DNA of 64,000 nt, taken from Trichoplax sp. H2 (lineage: Eukaryota). This document shows, piece by piece, positions 40,838 to 55,500 of this stretch (positions are counted from its first letter, which is position 1; every line of letters begins with the position of its first letter). The stretch covers positions 1-64,000 of the forward strand of contig NOWV01000026.1 in NCBI GenBank assembly GCA_003344405.1, read 5' to 3'. The notes under the pieces are model-generated. The model was not told where the DNA came from and made no database searches. It saw only the letters and a program-made list of their open reading frames with translations. A program made the position numbers and the translations under genes.

Positions 40838-43220
40838 TTAGACTTTTCCGAAACGGCGCATATTCTTTTTTTTATGGCGTCTTCTTAAATGTTGGATTTC
40901 CATAAATTTCTTTGTACAGTATCTATAGTAATTATATGAAATACAGTCAATTGCAAAACAAATATGGGTAAATACCAATCTCTATAAAACTTACTTTCTA
41001 AATTTAGTATCAACCAGAAAGTCCTCCACAGACATTCTATCACTTTTCCGAAATTGAGAAGAAAATAATCCTTTCGGTGTTTTAACAATTCTTGCCATCT
41101 AGGTAACGATAAGACACTTAAATTTTAGAATAAAACTGAACTATGAAGAGAGAATTAATATATTTAACCTGAAATAATTTCGGTGGATTTCGAAGAACCG
41201 TTTTATAGTGTCTTTTAGGATCCAAAACATGCCTCATCTTCAAGATCTCCAAATCTGCTTCCATTTCAGGTGTTAATGTTGCTGTGCCCGAGTTAGAATC
41301 TAGTAGTCTAACAGCCGTCGAACTAGCTTGATGTATCTAAATTAAGGTTGGATTGTGTGACGTAAGACCACATTACAGTACTGCAATTCTGTCATCAACC
41401 AAGAAGTAACAATCATAACCACTGAAATTCAGTGTAAAATTTTTAAGTACATATTCCGCATACGAAAATTTTTCCCCGTGCACGAACATTCGTATATCTT
41501 GCAATCACAGGCATTAATTATTTATATAATTATCATTAGTCTCAGTGTAATTTAGTACATAATGGGAAACTAGAATAATATTGCATGTGTGTACATGCCT
41601 TCCATGCTTATAGTTATTCAAGAGCATGAATTGTACTCCTAATTTTATAGAGAGACCCGTTAAACATATAATTGTATGATTCCTTCTACTGTATACTGTA
41701 TGGATAATTATATAACATAAGGTATTTGAATACTTAAACCTGAGTGCAATCGCTACTGTAGAGTCTTTACATTGTCAGTAATTCCGTCGATCGTGATTTG
41801 CTTGTATCTTACTTTCATCAGTCTCAGATAGCTGCACTTTGCACGCTAAGTGTTACCAGAATAATTTATTGGACAGCTATTCAAAATGTCTATCCCTAGT
41901 TTCCGACCACACTGTACTAACATCAGCATTTCGTACCTACCTATTCCTTAGCCGCAGATACTCGTACTACACACGCCTTTCCAAGAAGCGAAATAATAGA
42001 CTACACTAAATTAGCCTATAAACTGAACCATTTACGACCAATGTTTATAGATACCATACCCTGTGGTAGTTGCACTATAACACATATTATACCAAGGACC
42101 TTACTCCTTCCTCTATACAAGTCCCTTATTATAACGCATATGCAAAATTTAATAACTGCAATAGAGTAGATTTTATACAGCAGGTATTATCATTCAAATC
42201 TTCCATCATTATCACACTTAGCTTAAGTCATCGACCGCTAGAACCCAATGTTCTAGTGGTCCATGACTAAGTGTACAGTAGCAGAATAAATAATTTGGCT
42301 CTCGCTTTTCAAATGGATGATGATTTCTAATCCATCGTATAGTTCATATGAAGATACTGCATGTAATTAACGAAAAACTCCGACGAATTTGCTATATAAC
42401 ATGTATAAGTAAACTAGAGTCTGAGTGTCCAAAAGGCAAATGTGTATAATTACTGTATTGATACCCAGGTTTTCACTAAGCTAGTGAATACTCGTACACC
42501 GAGAACATGTCGTATAACCCATAATTATAATACTGTGTTATAGTGCCTTTCATTTATATTATTATTCCGAAAATAGAAGTTATTATGTTCGCATTTAAAT
42601 ACAGTACACGATAATGTACTTATATTTCTCTAGTTAGGGGAGCTATGATCATCGAAATTTATGAACCATAAAATCGCATAAAGATTTGTAATTAATATGT
42701 GATTAGACTGCTATTACTCTGTTATAATTCGTCTTACTTTCTTTCTACTGACTGCTTTTACCACTTTTGGAGTCTTCGCCACATGATTAAGTTGTTGTGT
42801 CATCATACAGTCGTCATCAGAACGTAATATTCCTGGAGAGTCTGCGTTAAGATCTACTCCTAGCACTGGTAAAGATTTGCTGCAAGAGAACAATAGATAA
42901 GACAATTATATTTTTAAGATTTGAGGTAGTTAAATAAAAATAGAGCATACCTACTGTACTAGTACGAGTACTGCATATGAAAAATATATTATTCAGTAAA
43001 GCAATACCATAAATATTTTTGCAATTTTTAATTACGCCGCATTGTATTCCAAATAGTTCGTGACTTACTAAATACTCAAATGACGGGATGGTGACATATT
43101 CACTCCTTTGTCATCTTTCATAATTTCATATAAAACGACATCGATCGATTTTCGTAAATCACTTTCAGTAGCTTGGATCACTGGTTCTACTGTTGCTTTC
43201 TTTCGCGATAAGCCGACCAT
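40838..43220 (-). CDS. DNTTIP2: Fcf2 pre-rRNA processing domain protein (short DNTTIP2/Fcf2-like), about 6 exons
   Basis: Exon 41170-41337 encodes TLTPEMEADLEILKMRHVLDPKRHYK...PKLFQ, followed by ...SVEDFLVDTKFRKYCTKKFMEIQ and a basic tail, i.e. the Fcf2 domain. N-terminal exons from ATG 43220 are phase-compatible but divergent. Confidence 0.82.
42229..42265. mobile_element. 37-bp palindromic mini-element related to the 24862 element
   Basis: catcgaccgctagaac-ccaat-gttctagtggtccatg (16-bp arms, 2 mismatches), with flanks cttaagt / actaagt. Lies in an Fcf2 intron. Confidence 0.55.
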
Positions 43221-43412
43221 AATTCTCTCTATACTGTTTGTAGTGTACGCATACGAACTTGCTGTAATAATTATATACTGTATAACTAAAATTATTTAAT
43301 AGACCAACGGACTCTCAAATCTCACATTTAAATAGATACTTTTATACTTTAATTCTATGCAAAATTAAGGTAATCGTCTTCATGATTATTCCGTAAAAAT
43401 GATATTGTAATT

Positions 43413-43582
43413 TACTGTACTGTACTTTACTATACTATATAGTTAGCATACTGTACAGTGTACAGTACAGTAGTAAAAAATTTTAGACACGATTGTACAG
43501 TACGGTACGATTCATGAATGATACTGTAAACACTGAAAGGTTACTGTACTGTACATGAGTTAGTTACTGTACTGTACTATAC
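43413..43582. repeat. TACAG/TACTG pentamer patch in the Fcf2/PIGC divergent promoter
   Basis: tactgtactgtac, tactgtacagtgtacagtacagta and similar runs. Confidence 0.85.
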
Positions 43583-43848
43583 TTCCCGTTGTGGGAACCA
43601 CGACGTCGCTCATATGCTAATTTCATTTAAAAAATTCAATCATATCCTATCCTGTACGGTGTTACTACACACTCACACAATGCTGCCCAAATGCCTAAAT
43701 GCGACAATATTACAGCTACTCAATTTTCGAAAGCACTGATCTTGCTTCCTTTTATCATATAACGGTAATATGGTACACACGTAAAAGATAAACTGCAGCA
43801 GAGTTCTAACATTTACTATACTGTATTTTTATCAATACCTGTTGTACC

Positions 43849-46800
43849 ATGGACAGCCGTTCGAAATGGAGGAAGATACTCTACAAAAGCCAGCCATATC
43901 CCGACAATTTTGTAGATGGATCCTTTTTACAATTATTAGAGAAGAATCGTAAGCTAAGCTTATCTTGATAACATTGATTACTGTACGCTATTAACCGTGC
44001 AATAAATACAGTACATTATACTGCATAAGTACAGCATTGCAACTTTTACGTACAGTTCTATATAGTTATATATAGTAAAGAAAATACTGTACATGTTGCG
44101 TTAAGGTTAAGCCGCATGTAAACAAATATCGTATTTCCCGAAGTATTTCAGAAATAGTTAACTCATTCATTTTTTAATAAACATTTAATTAACTGCCTGA
44201 CGTCGAATTTGGAACGTAATGAGCGGGTTCAACTAGTACAGTATTATATAAAAAGTTTGTGCGTGAAGTTTTTCGTCCGACTAGCTATCAATGAACAGAG
44301 TCCGTGGGCATACACTGGTTTCCTTAAAATTTATTTATTTTATATCTAATTTCAAATTACCGTACCTTGAGACTCGTAAGCTTTACTCTATTGCTAAATG
44401 ATAACGCTCACCAATGAGTAAATTCAGTAGCATGGCCGAACATCATGTCACTACACTATCAGCTCACACGTAGGTTTAAAAATCCATGCTTTAAGTAGCA
44501 ATATTTCACGATCAATTTCAAGTGTTTCCTTACTTAGAAATCGGGATCGGAGCCTCACTGCATCGATCTCGGTGACAGTTTTGGATATTACTATCTGTGT
44601 GCAGTACAATATTACATCTCCTCATTCTTCCGAGATAACTTCACTAGTGAATCATTTATTTTCGGTGTTTCTCTCTTCAGGCCATATCCGCAATCATAGT
44701 TTATCCCAGATTTTTGGCAAGGCTGGACTTATCTCACAACAAATAAGCAGGTAATTTTGTGATTGTTACACAAAATCAAAATAACTAAATGAAAATGAAT
44801 AGCTAAAAATTAACTGTTGTAGTAGTAAAGTATTATAATGACTAATAAATTGCACTCGTATTTTTCGACTAGCGTGTTCATATTCGTTGCGATGTTTGCG
44901 TATATGCAAAGGAAATTCCTCTCTCCATATCTTCTAATTGGAATCTCGTCAACTTTAACAGTTGGTGGATATATAATAGTAGTCATGGATAGTAATACTT
45001 CTCCAGCTGGAAGAATGAACAGAACTCGTTAGTATATGCCCCTTTGGAGAGTAATTTTTCCTGATGAAGTTTCAGTTTCTTTATTAATAAATGTTGGATA
45101 TGAATATCCTTGTAAAGTATTTGCAGTAGAGTACTACCACATTTCATAATGATTATAGTACTATGCGAGTATACTGTAGCAGCCTTTACAACAAATTGAT
45201 AACAACAATTTTACATTCATATATTATCGTATCTAAATATCTTTTGATTACTTAAAAATCAACTCGTCTGAAATCTATAATTAGCTAGCAGAATTTAATG
45301 GAATACCTGATGAGAATGACTATATGCGTAATTTTTACACGGCATTCTTCGTTTTCATATTTCAAATTATCAAATTAAAGTTTAAGTTAGAAAATATACC
45401 TACACTGATTAATATAGAAACTTCATATTTCACGTCGCTGCTTATTTACAGATGTGGACGATGTAAGGTGTTCTTTGCTTTTGGCTGGATTTTTGTTTGG
45501 ATTCTCATCAATACTCCGAACATTGACCTATACCATTTGCAGCGATACAATCTACTCAATAGCGGTAATACTGACTACATCCTAAATTTATCAGAAATTA
45601 TTACTATATTTAGGAACTTATCTAAATCGTTAACTTGTAAATACCATAACCCACAGAACCGAAAATTTTTACGCCATATCTTACGTCATATGAAGTTACT
45701 CGCGAATCTATTTAAACATGATACTTTACAAACTATAAGTGAACGCGATCTCCAGCATATGCAACTGGATGTAATACTTTAGCCAATGATTAATTTTATA
45801 ATACTCGCTATAATCCTCAATTCCCAATCAGATTTGATAGATGTATCTAATGCAATGCCTCGTATTCGTCTCTCTTCCATTACAGTTGCTAAGTGATCTT
45901 GGAGTAAGTATCTGATCCTTATTCTGTTCCTTGTAGGTTCTAATGTTTGTATGCCATCTTGTCTTTCATGACTATGGATATGACCAAGCAGACACGTGAG
46001 GGCTAATATATGAATAGAGCATTTATTATAATCTTATAATAGTTTTATACCTAATTCAAAGCAATGATTAGTGATTACCTTGATGTTCATCAATATATCA
46101 AAATTTCTAGAACAGGAAAAATATTTCATTTTGATGACATTTGATTGCCATTTTGTCTTCGCTTTTAATGTCAGTTATACTATATTTAACAACTTGATAT
46201 ATTACAGTATTGATTAAGATTTACGATCCTATAACTGCTATTATGTTTTGATATTCAATTTGTACATACCCATTTTGAATGCTCGGTGAATTAACGATGA
46301 CTTATTATAAGGATTATGCATTAACAATTCATAACTGTTCATTCACACCGTTTATTAATTAGTATATCTATTTCCAACTTAAGTTTAGATGATTAAAACC
46401 TTAAATAATGACTTTAGACATTACGATGTATCGGTAAATCTACTCATTCATTAAAGACCTTGAGGTAATTAGCATGCGATTATAAGTACCAGTGTAATAC
46501 TTTCATGCACTCACAGGATAAAGCTTACTAAGTAAGAAAATATAAAAAGTAAAGCAGTTTATTACATTTTGATATCACGAACCTCTAGTAGATGCCATCT
46601 AATCGATATTTAAATATACACGCGGTAAATATTAGGACAATGAATACAGCGATTATATTTAGCTGCTTAGTAATATTTTACATACAATTTGAGATTTAGC
46701 AATTTATTACGATTACTTATCATGCCTAGCCTGGCTAATTGTGTGAATGTTTAGATTTATCCGAGTCAGAATCTAATCTCAGGCAATACCATTCCTATTA

Positions 46801-48009
46801 CAACCGAAATACTATGAATGTAAATGATTACTTCGCATAAATTGCTACCCGAACATATCTAGTCTGCTTAATTTACAAATTCCTATAATTGAATACCGTC
46901 TATGCTATTTATTAACAAGTTTTTGACAGCAGATAAATTAAAAGTCTTGTTAGTTAAAATTGCTTTATTAGATCTCCGATGAGTAGCCCATGAGACAATA
47001 TCAACAATCAACCTTTACATACGATCACACCGTGAATCTGTGATATACCCGTAAATAATTAGAAACAGCACACAACAATACTCTGAAGTCTGTCGAGTAT
47101 ACGCAGTTGTTTGTTGTCTCTGTCATAAACCTGATCTATAAGGCAGGATTACGCGTTTGCTACCAAATACAGTTCCATGCGTGTACGTACAATATTGGCA
47201 GCTGCTGATATTCTACGCAAGTGTTCTACTCATATTGCCCTAAAATAATATCGTTTTACTTAGATAATGTGTCAAACGAAATAGTAAGTGTTTTGATATT
47301 GCATAAAAATTTATACTAAACCTACCAATCTATTTACATTCATATAGGGTGTATTCTTCAGTCTTCGCATCAGTATGTCTAGCCTCGAGATTACCAACTT
47401 TGGAGCATACTTTTGCAACTATTCTATTCGGTTTTCAAATTTTCTCACTTTTGCCTGTCTTCAGAAGTAAATATCAGGTGCGATATATCTCGGATACAGA
47501 ATTATAACATGACTTGATACTTCATTTTTGGCAAGTTCTATTCTTGACTAAAAATAGTGAATTACTTTACCAAGTATATCTTTGTTATATACGCGTATGT
47601 CCATGGTCTTAATGTACATTAGTTCACTCTGATATATTGCTCTAGAGTTCCATTGCCATTCATAATGCATAGTACAGTATATCTGATATAATTCTTTATT
47701 CAATTTTTTTTTTATACTTTCAGAAAAAACACGACAGCCGACGGAAATTGTTAACATCTTTGACATTTGTAGTATGTCTCATATGCTTATGTGCTATCAA
47801 GATAGATTATGCATTACTATTCTTAATCTTACAATTTTGTATCATGGTGCTTTGTCCTCTATGGCTACATCGATTGCAAGCATTTAAAGAGTTAGTAAAG
47901 CATTTTATGTCGCCTATGGTAGATTAAAGTCGTAAAATGATTAATGGAAAGTATTTATTGTTGCAGTAATATTCACGGACCTTGGGATGAAGCAATAATT
48001 GTTGAATAG
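43849..48009 (+). CDS. PIGC: GPI-GlcNAc transferase subunit C, about 8 exons
   Basis: [82 protein letters not shown] are PIG-C/Gpi2 signature motifs. Confidence 0.95.
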
Positions 48010-49570
48010 AAAATGTTCTGAAAATTTTAATGATAAAACTAATTCAAATGATGAAGCATACCTCCAATTGATGAAATTAATGATGATAGTTAGCTGAATA
48101 CCGAGTTATATTAACTGTAAATAAGAACCGTTTCCAATGTACTATGATAATTGTTATGAATTATATTCATTAGTGGACGTGCCACTTCTAAAAATCCTTG
48201 ATCATATGTAACATATAACTACATTTTCATTATTTGATAGACGCAACTTAAACTAGCTTAATGAGCTTCCATACCAGTATCAGACATCGGATGAGAGAAA
48301 GAACAGTATTTGATCATGTCTTTTAAATATTTAATGTTTTTAAAATTGAGTAATGCAAGCGGCGTGTTATTACCTTGTACATTTTCATTGCTCTCTGCTA
48401 TATCATGTACCTATACATAATTCCGATAATGCAAAAATATATACATGTAATGAGTTAGAAGACCCTATGCACCCTAATAAATAATCGCCGGCCTACGCAT
48501 AAATCATATCCGAGGTGGACAAGACTTTACTATGACCCTAAATTTTAAAACCAAAATGATTTCATGTTAACTAGTCCGAAAGCCTTCTCGCGACCCAAAG
48601 GTCTACAAAATCTGTTGTGCTTAGTCCCATCCCTTTTATTCGGCAGTGAAATACTTGATCACCAGTCCTACCCAGAAGTATGCGTTTGCGTCGTCCCTAC
48701 TGATACGTTGTTCGTGTGAAATGGTAAAATATACCATATCTATGCGTAAATATAGTAACTGATTGTCTTTGACATACAGTACAGTACATCAAATGACTAG
48801 TGGAACTGCTTACGATACTTCGCCTGCTTGTTTACTAAGTAAATTATTTCACTATTCTATCCTACAATAGTACTTACTAATTAATTAATAAAGCACTTAA
48901 ACCGAAAATCGAATACGTAGAACTTCTGACCAAAGTATCTCATGCGAGTAATAAATTAAAGCAGCTACAGTTTTCAGTAGCAGTAAACATTTGTTGACTC
49001 ATGAATGTAAAAAGTATGACCCAGTAACAAGAGTGTTAGTACTATGGTCGTATATTCGTAATAACAATGTCGCACTTTGCAAACAAAGTGAAAGTGACAA
49101 TTAATCTCCATTTACCAAGCTTTGTGCGATGGAAGAGTCTCTTAATCAATCGTAAATAGTACATGAATAGCTCAGTCTGTAAAATAAAATGCAGCACTAA
49201 AATCTTAACCTCTATCATCTACCACCAAATAATATTAGATACCAGATACCTTTCAATTATTCAGTCACATCTGATCAACTATATCCTGAAGGTATTTTAC
49301 TCTAAGTTCCAGTTACCGCTTGTTTATGAACTTACAATTTAGCCCCACGGTACTGTTAATCAAAATCCATATGGCATAAATGCACACTTCTTGTAAAGCA
49401 ATTTAGTCAAATTCAAGTTTTTGTTGGTCGTTATAAATAGTACATAGTAAGAATGTATTTTAAAGAAAAGTGGTGTTAAAAAGGCTGAACGCTATGTAAG
49501 TTCTATCAACGCCATATTTGTTATTTAAATAGCATTCCAAGTTTCCAACATACAGTATGAGCAACAACAA

Positions 49571-52500
49571 TTAAAATTTTCTTTTAAGAGTGGCTACTGA
49601 AGTTTCCGTATTGACATGAACCGCATGAATACCATCCGCATGGGTTGAACAGCAAAAGCTTAAAAAAATATAATTATGAATAAATAAATAACAGACAACA
49701 TATCGTGCCTATTATATCGTACTTTCAGATAAGAGAAAAATTAAGACTAACTGCTTATCTGTATCGCTACAAATTCCAGTGATGGGTCCAGCTCCATTAA
49801 TGCTATACTGCAATAGACAATCTGTAACACGGAGTAATAATAAAATAGAATTACGTCACCTACACTACAATGAATATAAATGATAACTTTAAATGTTGCA
49901 GAATACATATTCTCAACCGCTTAATAATATGTAATTGCTACGTTATCATTACCATAATCTTTGCTATGCAATAAGAAACTAGAAGACCACATTCCCTTTT
50001 AATCACTACCTCATCATCTTAATAATTTTTAAAAATATTATTATTGTATACAAGCTACTGTAATACACAATCTATAAAAATATCACATCAATTAAAATGC
50101 CTAAGAAATGCAATTTCCATGCAGCAATGGCAATGAATATTAACAGTGCAGTTCGTACCGGTAGTATTTTTATCCCACATACGGACGGAATGATCGTAGG
50201 ATGAAGTAAGAATTCTGTACAATCACGAAAAAATTTTACCTGAGAAAGAAAGCCTAAGAAAGAGAGTATCACTAATCTACAGTATATGAATACAAAGCTA
50301 TGATTTCCTACATGAAATACCCAACGAAATGCAAAAGGTAGTACACTAATTTCAACAATTAAAACATAATATTCTAACAAATTTTTGTCGAAGGCAGCAA
50401 AACAACAGGCAGAAACGGTCAAGGAATGGCCATAAAATTTCGCTACGGCATTTTGCGCTCTTACATCCCACATCTATTAAATGTGCACACAATTTCGGAC
50501 AAGTCACTTCTAAGAGGATAAGATTGCATTTATCATTCTATAGGAATTGTATTAAATCAATGATTATGATGGCAATCGGAATACGATTCAATGTAAAAAA
50601 CGACGATTCTCTTGTTTAATTGGTAAATAAAGTTAAAAGTACAGCATCAGGGTAAGTTATAATCTTCTTCGATCTATTGAACCCAACCTATCAGTACAGT
50701 TAACAATGCAATAACTATAACGTTACTTTTAATTATTCGAATTGCACACTAATCGTTAAGAACTATGTATTATCTAATCTAATTATCTAAGGGTTACTCA
50801 AAGTCTTACTAGATTTTTAAATTCAAATACAAGTAATGAATGGAAATACCTAAAATATGACTATTTATAAATAAATTTCATTCTCTACAATCGTTACGCC
50901 GTGAATAATTGTAATATTTGTATTTTTCCAATCTTGTCTCCGTACCATTTTTTATAACATTTAACTAAATGTTTTTGAACCTAATATCAAAAGCGCACGG
51001 TACTATGCAAGTAACTAAGAACGAATCTCATAAAAAGCGTATGAATATCCATTTTAATCATACCACGCAATCACAGCCTTGATTATTAACTCCGCTACCA
51101 CTTGTGATCACATAGTTTCCGTCGCAGCTGATATCACAGTACGTCTACAAATAAATGCAAACTAACGTTAAGTAACAAAATGCAATGATTGGAAACAGCA
51201 AATTGTAAACTATAAACAGAATACTATCTCCTTGAACGTAGATTGTATTAAGCCTTTAATTATTAGTGACTCATAGTTGCAGCTACAAATAAAGAATTTG
51301 AGGATCAAGATAATTTGATACACCTTTAAAAATTTCGAATTAATATATTTTCTTATACAGCAACTAGTCGTTTGAATTTAATTCTTTTTTTAATTATTGC
51401 GTTTAGATGACTGGAAGTTAAGGGATTACTGAAAGAGTTATTTAGAGAAAAATAACTATGCAACGTTGAAATCAGCACTGTTCATTTGATATACTGTTTA
51501 AGTTTCGTTGATACGTCGAATTTTTTAGTTAATTCCAATACAGTGATGTAGTACTAGGAAAGTAGTGCCTACCATTCACTTACAAGTATATTATGTCGTG
51601 CTGGAAAGGTCATTGCAACTTCCATTGATTTTGAATCCCATATCCTTAGAAAAACAAATAGATAAATTACGTAATGTCAAGTAAAAATCCTTTGTTTACA
51701 TATACAGTTATTTGCGCCGTCATAATAAAAGTTATCATGGCTAAATGTGGTATTGCATTAGGAATGTTATGTGATAGATTTTTTACAGGACTCTACATCT
51801 TTGACATTAAAATCTAACCAATTTTATGAAAGTAAAGAGAATCTTATTACATGAAACAGCAACAGTACAGTATACTCCGAGTATAAAAACTTGAAAATCT
51901 AATAGCGCATCCCTATTTCTCCTACATACTAGTATTAATCACTAGGATTAGTAAAGGAAATAGATTTGGGTTAGCATACGTATATTTCCGATTAGTAGAA
52001 ACAATAAGAAGGTATGAATTTATTTATTAACCAGAAATGCGAAATATAAATTTGTTTCATTTGAAGGATATTTATAACAGTCTACTATTACAAGTTTATA
52101 ATAAATTCATATAAATTATATATATTTTTACCTTAGACATTTATCTTCGCTTGTTTGCGCAATGAGATTATTACTACTCTCTTTAGGAAACCATTGCAAA
52201 TGTGTCACCTTCACGAAAACAGGAAATACTACTGTTTAGTTAGGTTAGTCATAAATCCTTCCAGCACGACAAAGATGTTCAAAACGTCGCCGAAATAGTT
52301 AATCAGTGTTTCTATCTCAGTAGATTACAAACCAAATTTCTATTAATATTTCGTCGCTTTATTGCTTTTCCAGTTTCAATATCCCATAAACAAACCGTAT
52401 TATCACGAGATCCAGAACATAAATTAGTATTGTCTATAATAGCAGAACCATTAGAGCACGGTGTTATTAATTACGTATACTGAAACAGAGAATACATCCC

Positions 52501-55500
52501 ATTCCCTAAATCTACTTTCTGTGGTAACTTATAAATCTTAAATTTAATAAATAGTGTATATTAACAAAAGTTTTCATTCTGATAAATCAATAAAGTGGAC
52601 AATTGTATACTGGTTCAAGTGTACGATTCTAGTCAATTTCCTGAAATATACGAAAACATACTAGATAAAGCTACGAATTTGAATTTAAGTTACCTGAATT
52701 AACGGTAATGCCTGTAACTACCAAATCATGGCAGATAAATTCACGAATAAAATCGTCGTTTTCACCGTCGTATTGCCACATTCGAATGCTACGATCTCTA
52801 GAGCAACTGAAGACTGATCGAATTATGTTCGCATGTATAACCTGTAGCAGAAATTTGATATTAAATTAAAAGACTAATCGAAAGCAAAATTTAACCGCTG
52901 AATAAATTTTGATGATATAAATTCTCAACAGGAATAATACGATGACTATGAGGATGAATATATTACTTTTCTATTGCAGAATTAAGCTCAGATTGAGGAT
53001 AATGGGACGTGGGACATTGTCAATTTGAATTATTAAGTTCGTCGATTGGATCGAAGTGGACTATAAGTTTTGACTGTATCCGTTTTACAGAAGGTATTAC
53101 GAAGTTAGTGGATTATTAAAAGAAGGAATAGAAATTCCACCTTTGGTCTATGATTGTAACAGGAAAGTATCATGTACATAGAGGTAAGAAAAAACCTCTA
53201 TCTATTTTTTCTTACCTCCATGGTCATGCAGTGTACGACCATGTTGAAATCAGTTAGTACTTCATCGAAGCACTCGTATACTTCTTCAGTAGATTTAAGA
53301 TGAGATTGTCAGTAACTAAAGTATAAATACTAGTAGATTGCATTGCTCTCTGCTTATATCTAATTTCCGCGCCAAGAGCCCAGTTTATCTCTGTATTGTC
53401 TTACAAATCTGTTTGATAACAAAGATCGACCTACTTTTGACCATCTTGTCTTCGCCGTTGTGAAGGTACAACATCTGAGCTATGTCCCACGGGCATAATT
53501 CATAGCGTGCCTTCACTCAGTCATAGGTAATAACCTGTACATAGGCTTCCTACGTCCTTCAAATATAAGCATAAATATACAGTAGTCTGATATAGTGTTG
53601 CAAAATTATAATCATTACGGATAAGTAATAAGTTACATGTATTTAACGCCGTGTTGATTCATTTGCAACACAGTAAGACGTTATTAGAAATACATTCTAG
53701 TCTCTAAGGTAGAATTACATGAGAATAACAAACAGATCCTCAAAGTATTACAATTTTTGCGGATTTAAAATTATATATAACCACGTGACTGAGTGATATA
53801 TGCAGTATGTAGTACTTATACTGTACTGGACTATAATTTAAACTGAGCTTCTCTCAATTTCGACAACTTCCGTTGTTAGATTCTTTAGATTCTTTAACTT
53901 GTGCTTATCGCTAGTAGCCTACAGTCATTGCTAATTCAGTTCAAATTTTTTATGTGAAATATTCCATAAATGAACCATAGTTTTCACCTATTCGGTTTAT
54001 TAAGTTGAAGAATATAAGTATATATCTACTGTATACAAGTGAGAATCTAACCCCTTAGTGTAACTATACGTCACCCTAAAGGAACAATCTATTAGAAATG
54101 GCAGTAATTCTAAAAATCTTGTTAAATGCTATTTTTATGTTGCCGCTGTACTTCAGTCTGTATCTTATTAAACCCCCTACCAGTATTTTATCGATCCCAC
54201 ACGTAGCTGTGCTTAATATTATTAATGTATAGTATATGTGATTCTGATCACTGTAAGATTGCTACATTATTATTTATTTATATTCAGGATTCAGTAACTG
54301 ATATAAATTAATTAAAATACAATTAACGATAGAGCATCGAAATATCTTGATTTACATTTGTAGTTGAGTCCAATTCACTGCCAACTTTGTTACGTAACGT
54401 AAAGTAAATGATCTCAGTCTTACGTAATTTCCAGTTACCTATTCAGGGGAATAATTTTCTGATAGTAATAAAGTATAGTTATATATACCATCATATTTAT
54501 ACATTATGTAGGTATATCCAGGTTCGAATTTAATGCTTGAATTTTTTATTGTACCTTTGTGATTTCTTTATTATGCCCGAACCATCTGCGTATGATATTA
54601 CCAGTCCTCCAGTTATAGGCCAGGACTGTCTACGAAAAACAAGAAATTTCAAATTTACGCTTCGTTTAATTTGGAGACAATGCTGCAAAAAGTAAGTAGC
54701 ATAACTATCATCTTTGTATAACATATTAATACGAAAATTAGCACTTTTTAACAAAGTACTTGATTGATCTGATCAGAAGACCAAAGTAGATGATGATCAA
54801 CCAATAGAAAGTAACTATAATTGTAAATATAGTGTAGTGAGATGTTATACTAATATTATACGTGCTATGGTATTAGTATGCATTCTGTGTAGTCAGTATG
54901 ATGAACGTTAGAGGTTCAGGTTCCGTATTAGTGAATAAAATAACTACGCGATAAGAGTATTGTACTGACCCCCGATATCAGTAAGAGGAGTCAAGTAGAA
55001 CTATGTAGATAATGTTACATATTTGTACGTGTAATACTTTGTGCTTTAAGATGTAAGATATAATAAGAATATAACGAGAACCGGGAGCATTCTGTAAGGT
55101 TAGTTGCGTGAGACATTACTCGGTAATAACGGTCTGAAACATTGCATATAGAGAAGTAATTGCTACTACAGTGCGAATATTTAGTGAGAGACTATAATAT
55201 AGAATAATAAAATTTGCAAAGTTTGCTCCATGAAGATTCTAACTGAATGGTCAGGTTTTAGAATACCATAACCAAGTTTTCATGTACTATACACAATAAT
55301 ATACAGCTGTTAAATATAATAAATTTAAAATATTACAATACTATGAAGGCTAAATCTTTGAATATCCGTATCATAAAAATATCTACACGATACTTATACG
55401 TACACATATAGCATTACCTTGTCCTGGCTACCAGATATCGTAACGCCGTAGCTCATGTTATTAATACATGTTACTGGCTCACTATGACATGCAGCGGTTC

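Noticed and set aside
45324..45782. 152-aa ORF
   Set aside because: It overlaps a PIGC exon in a different frame plus intron sequence and has no recognisable domain.
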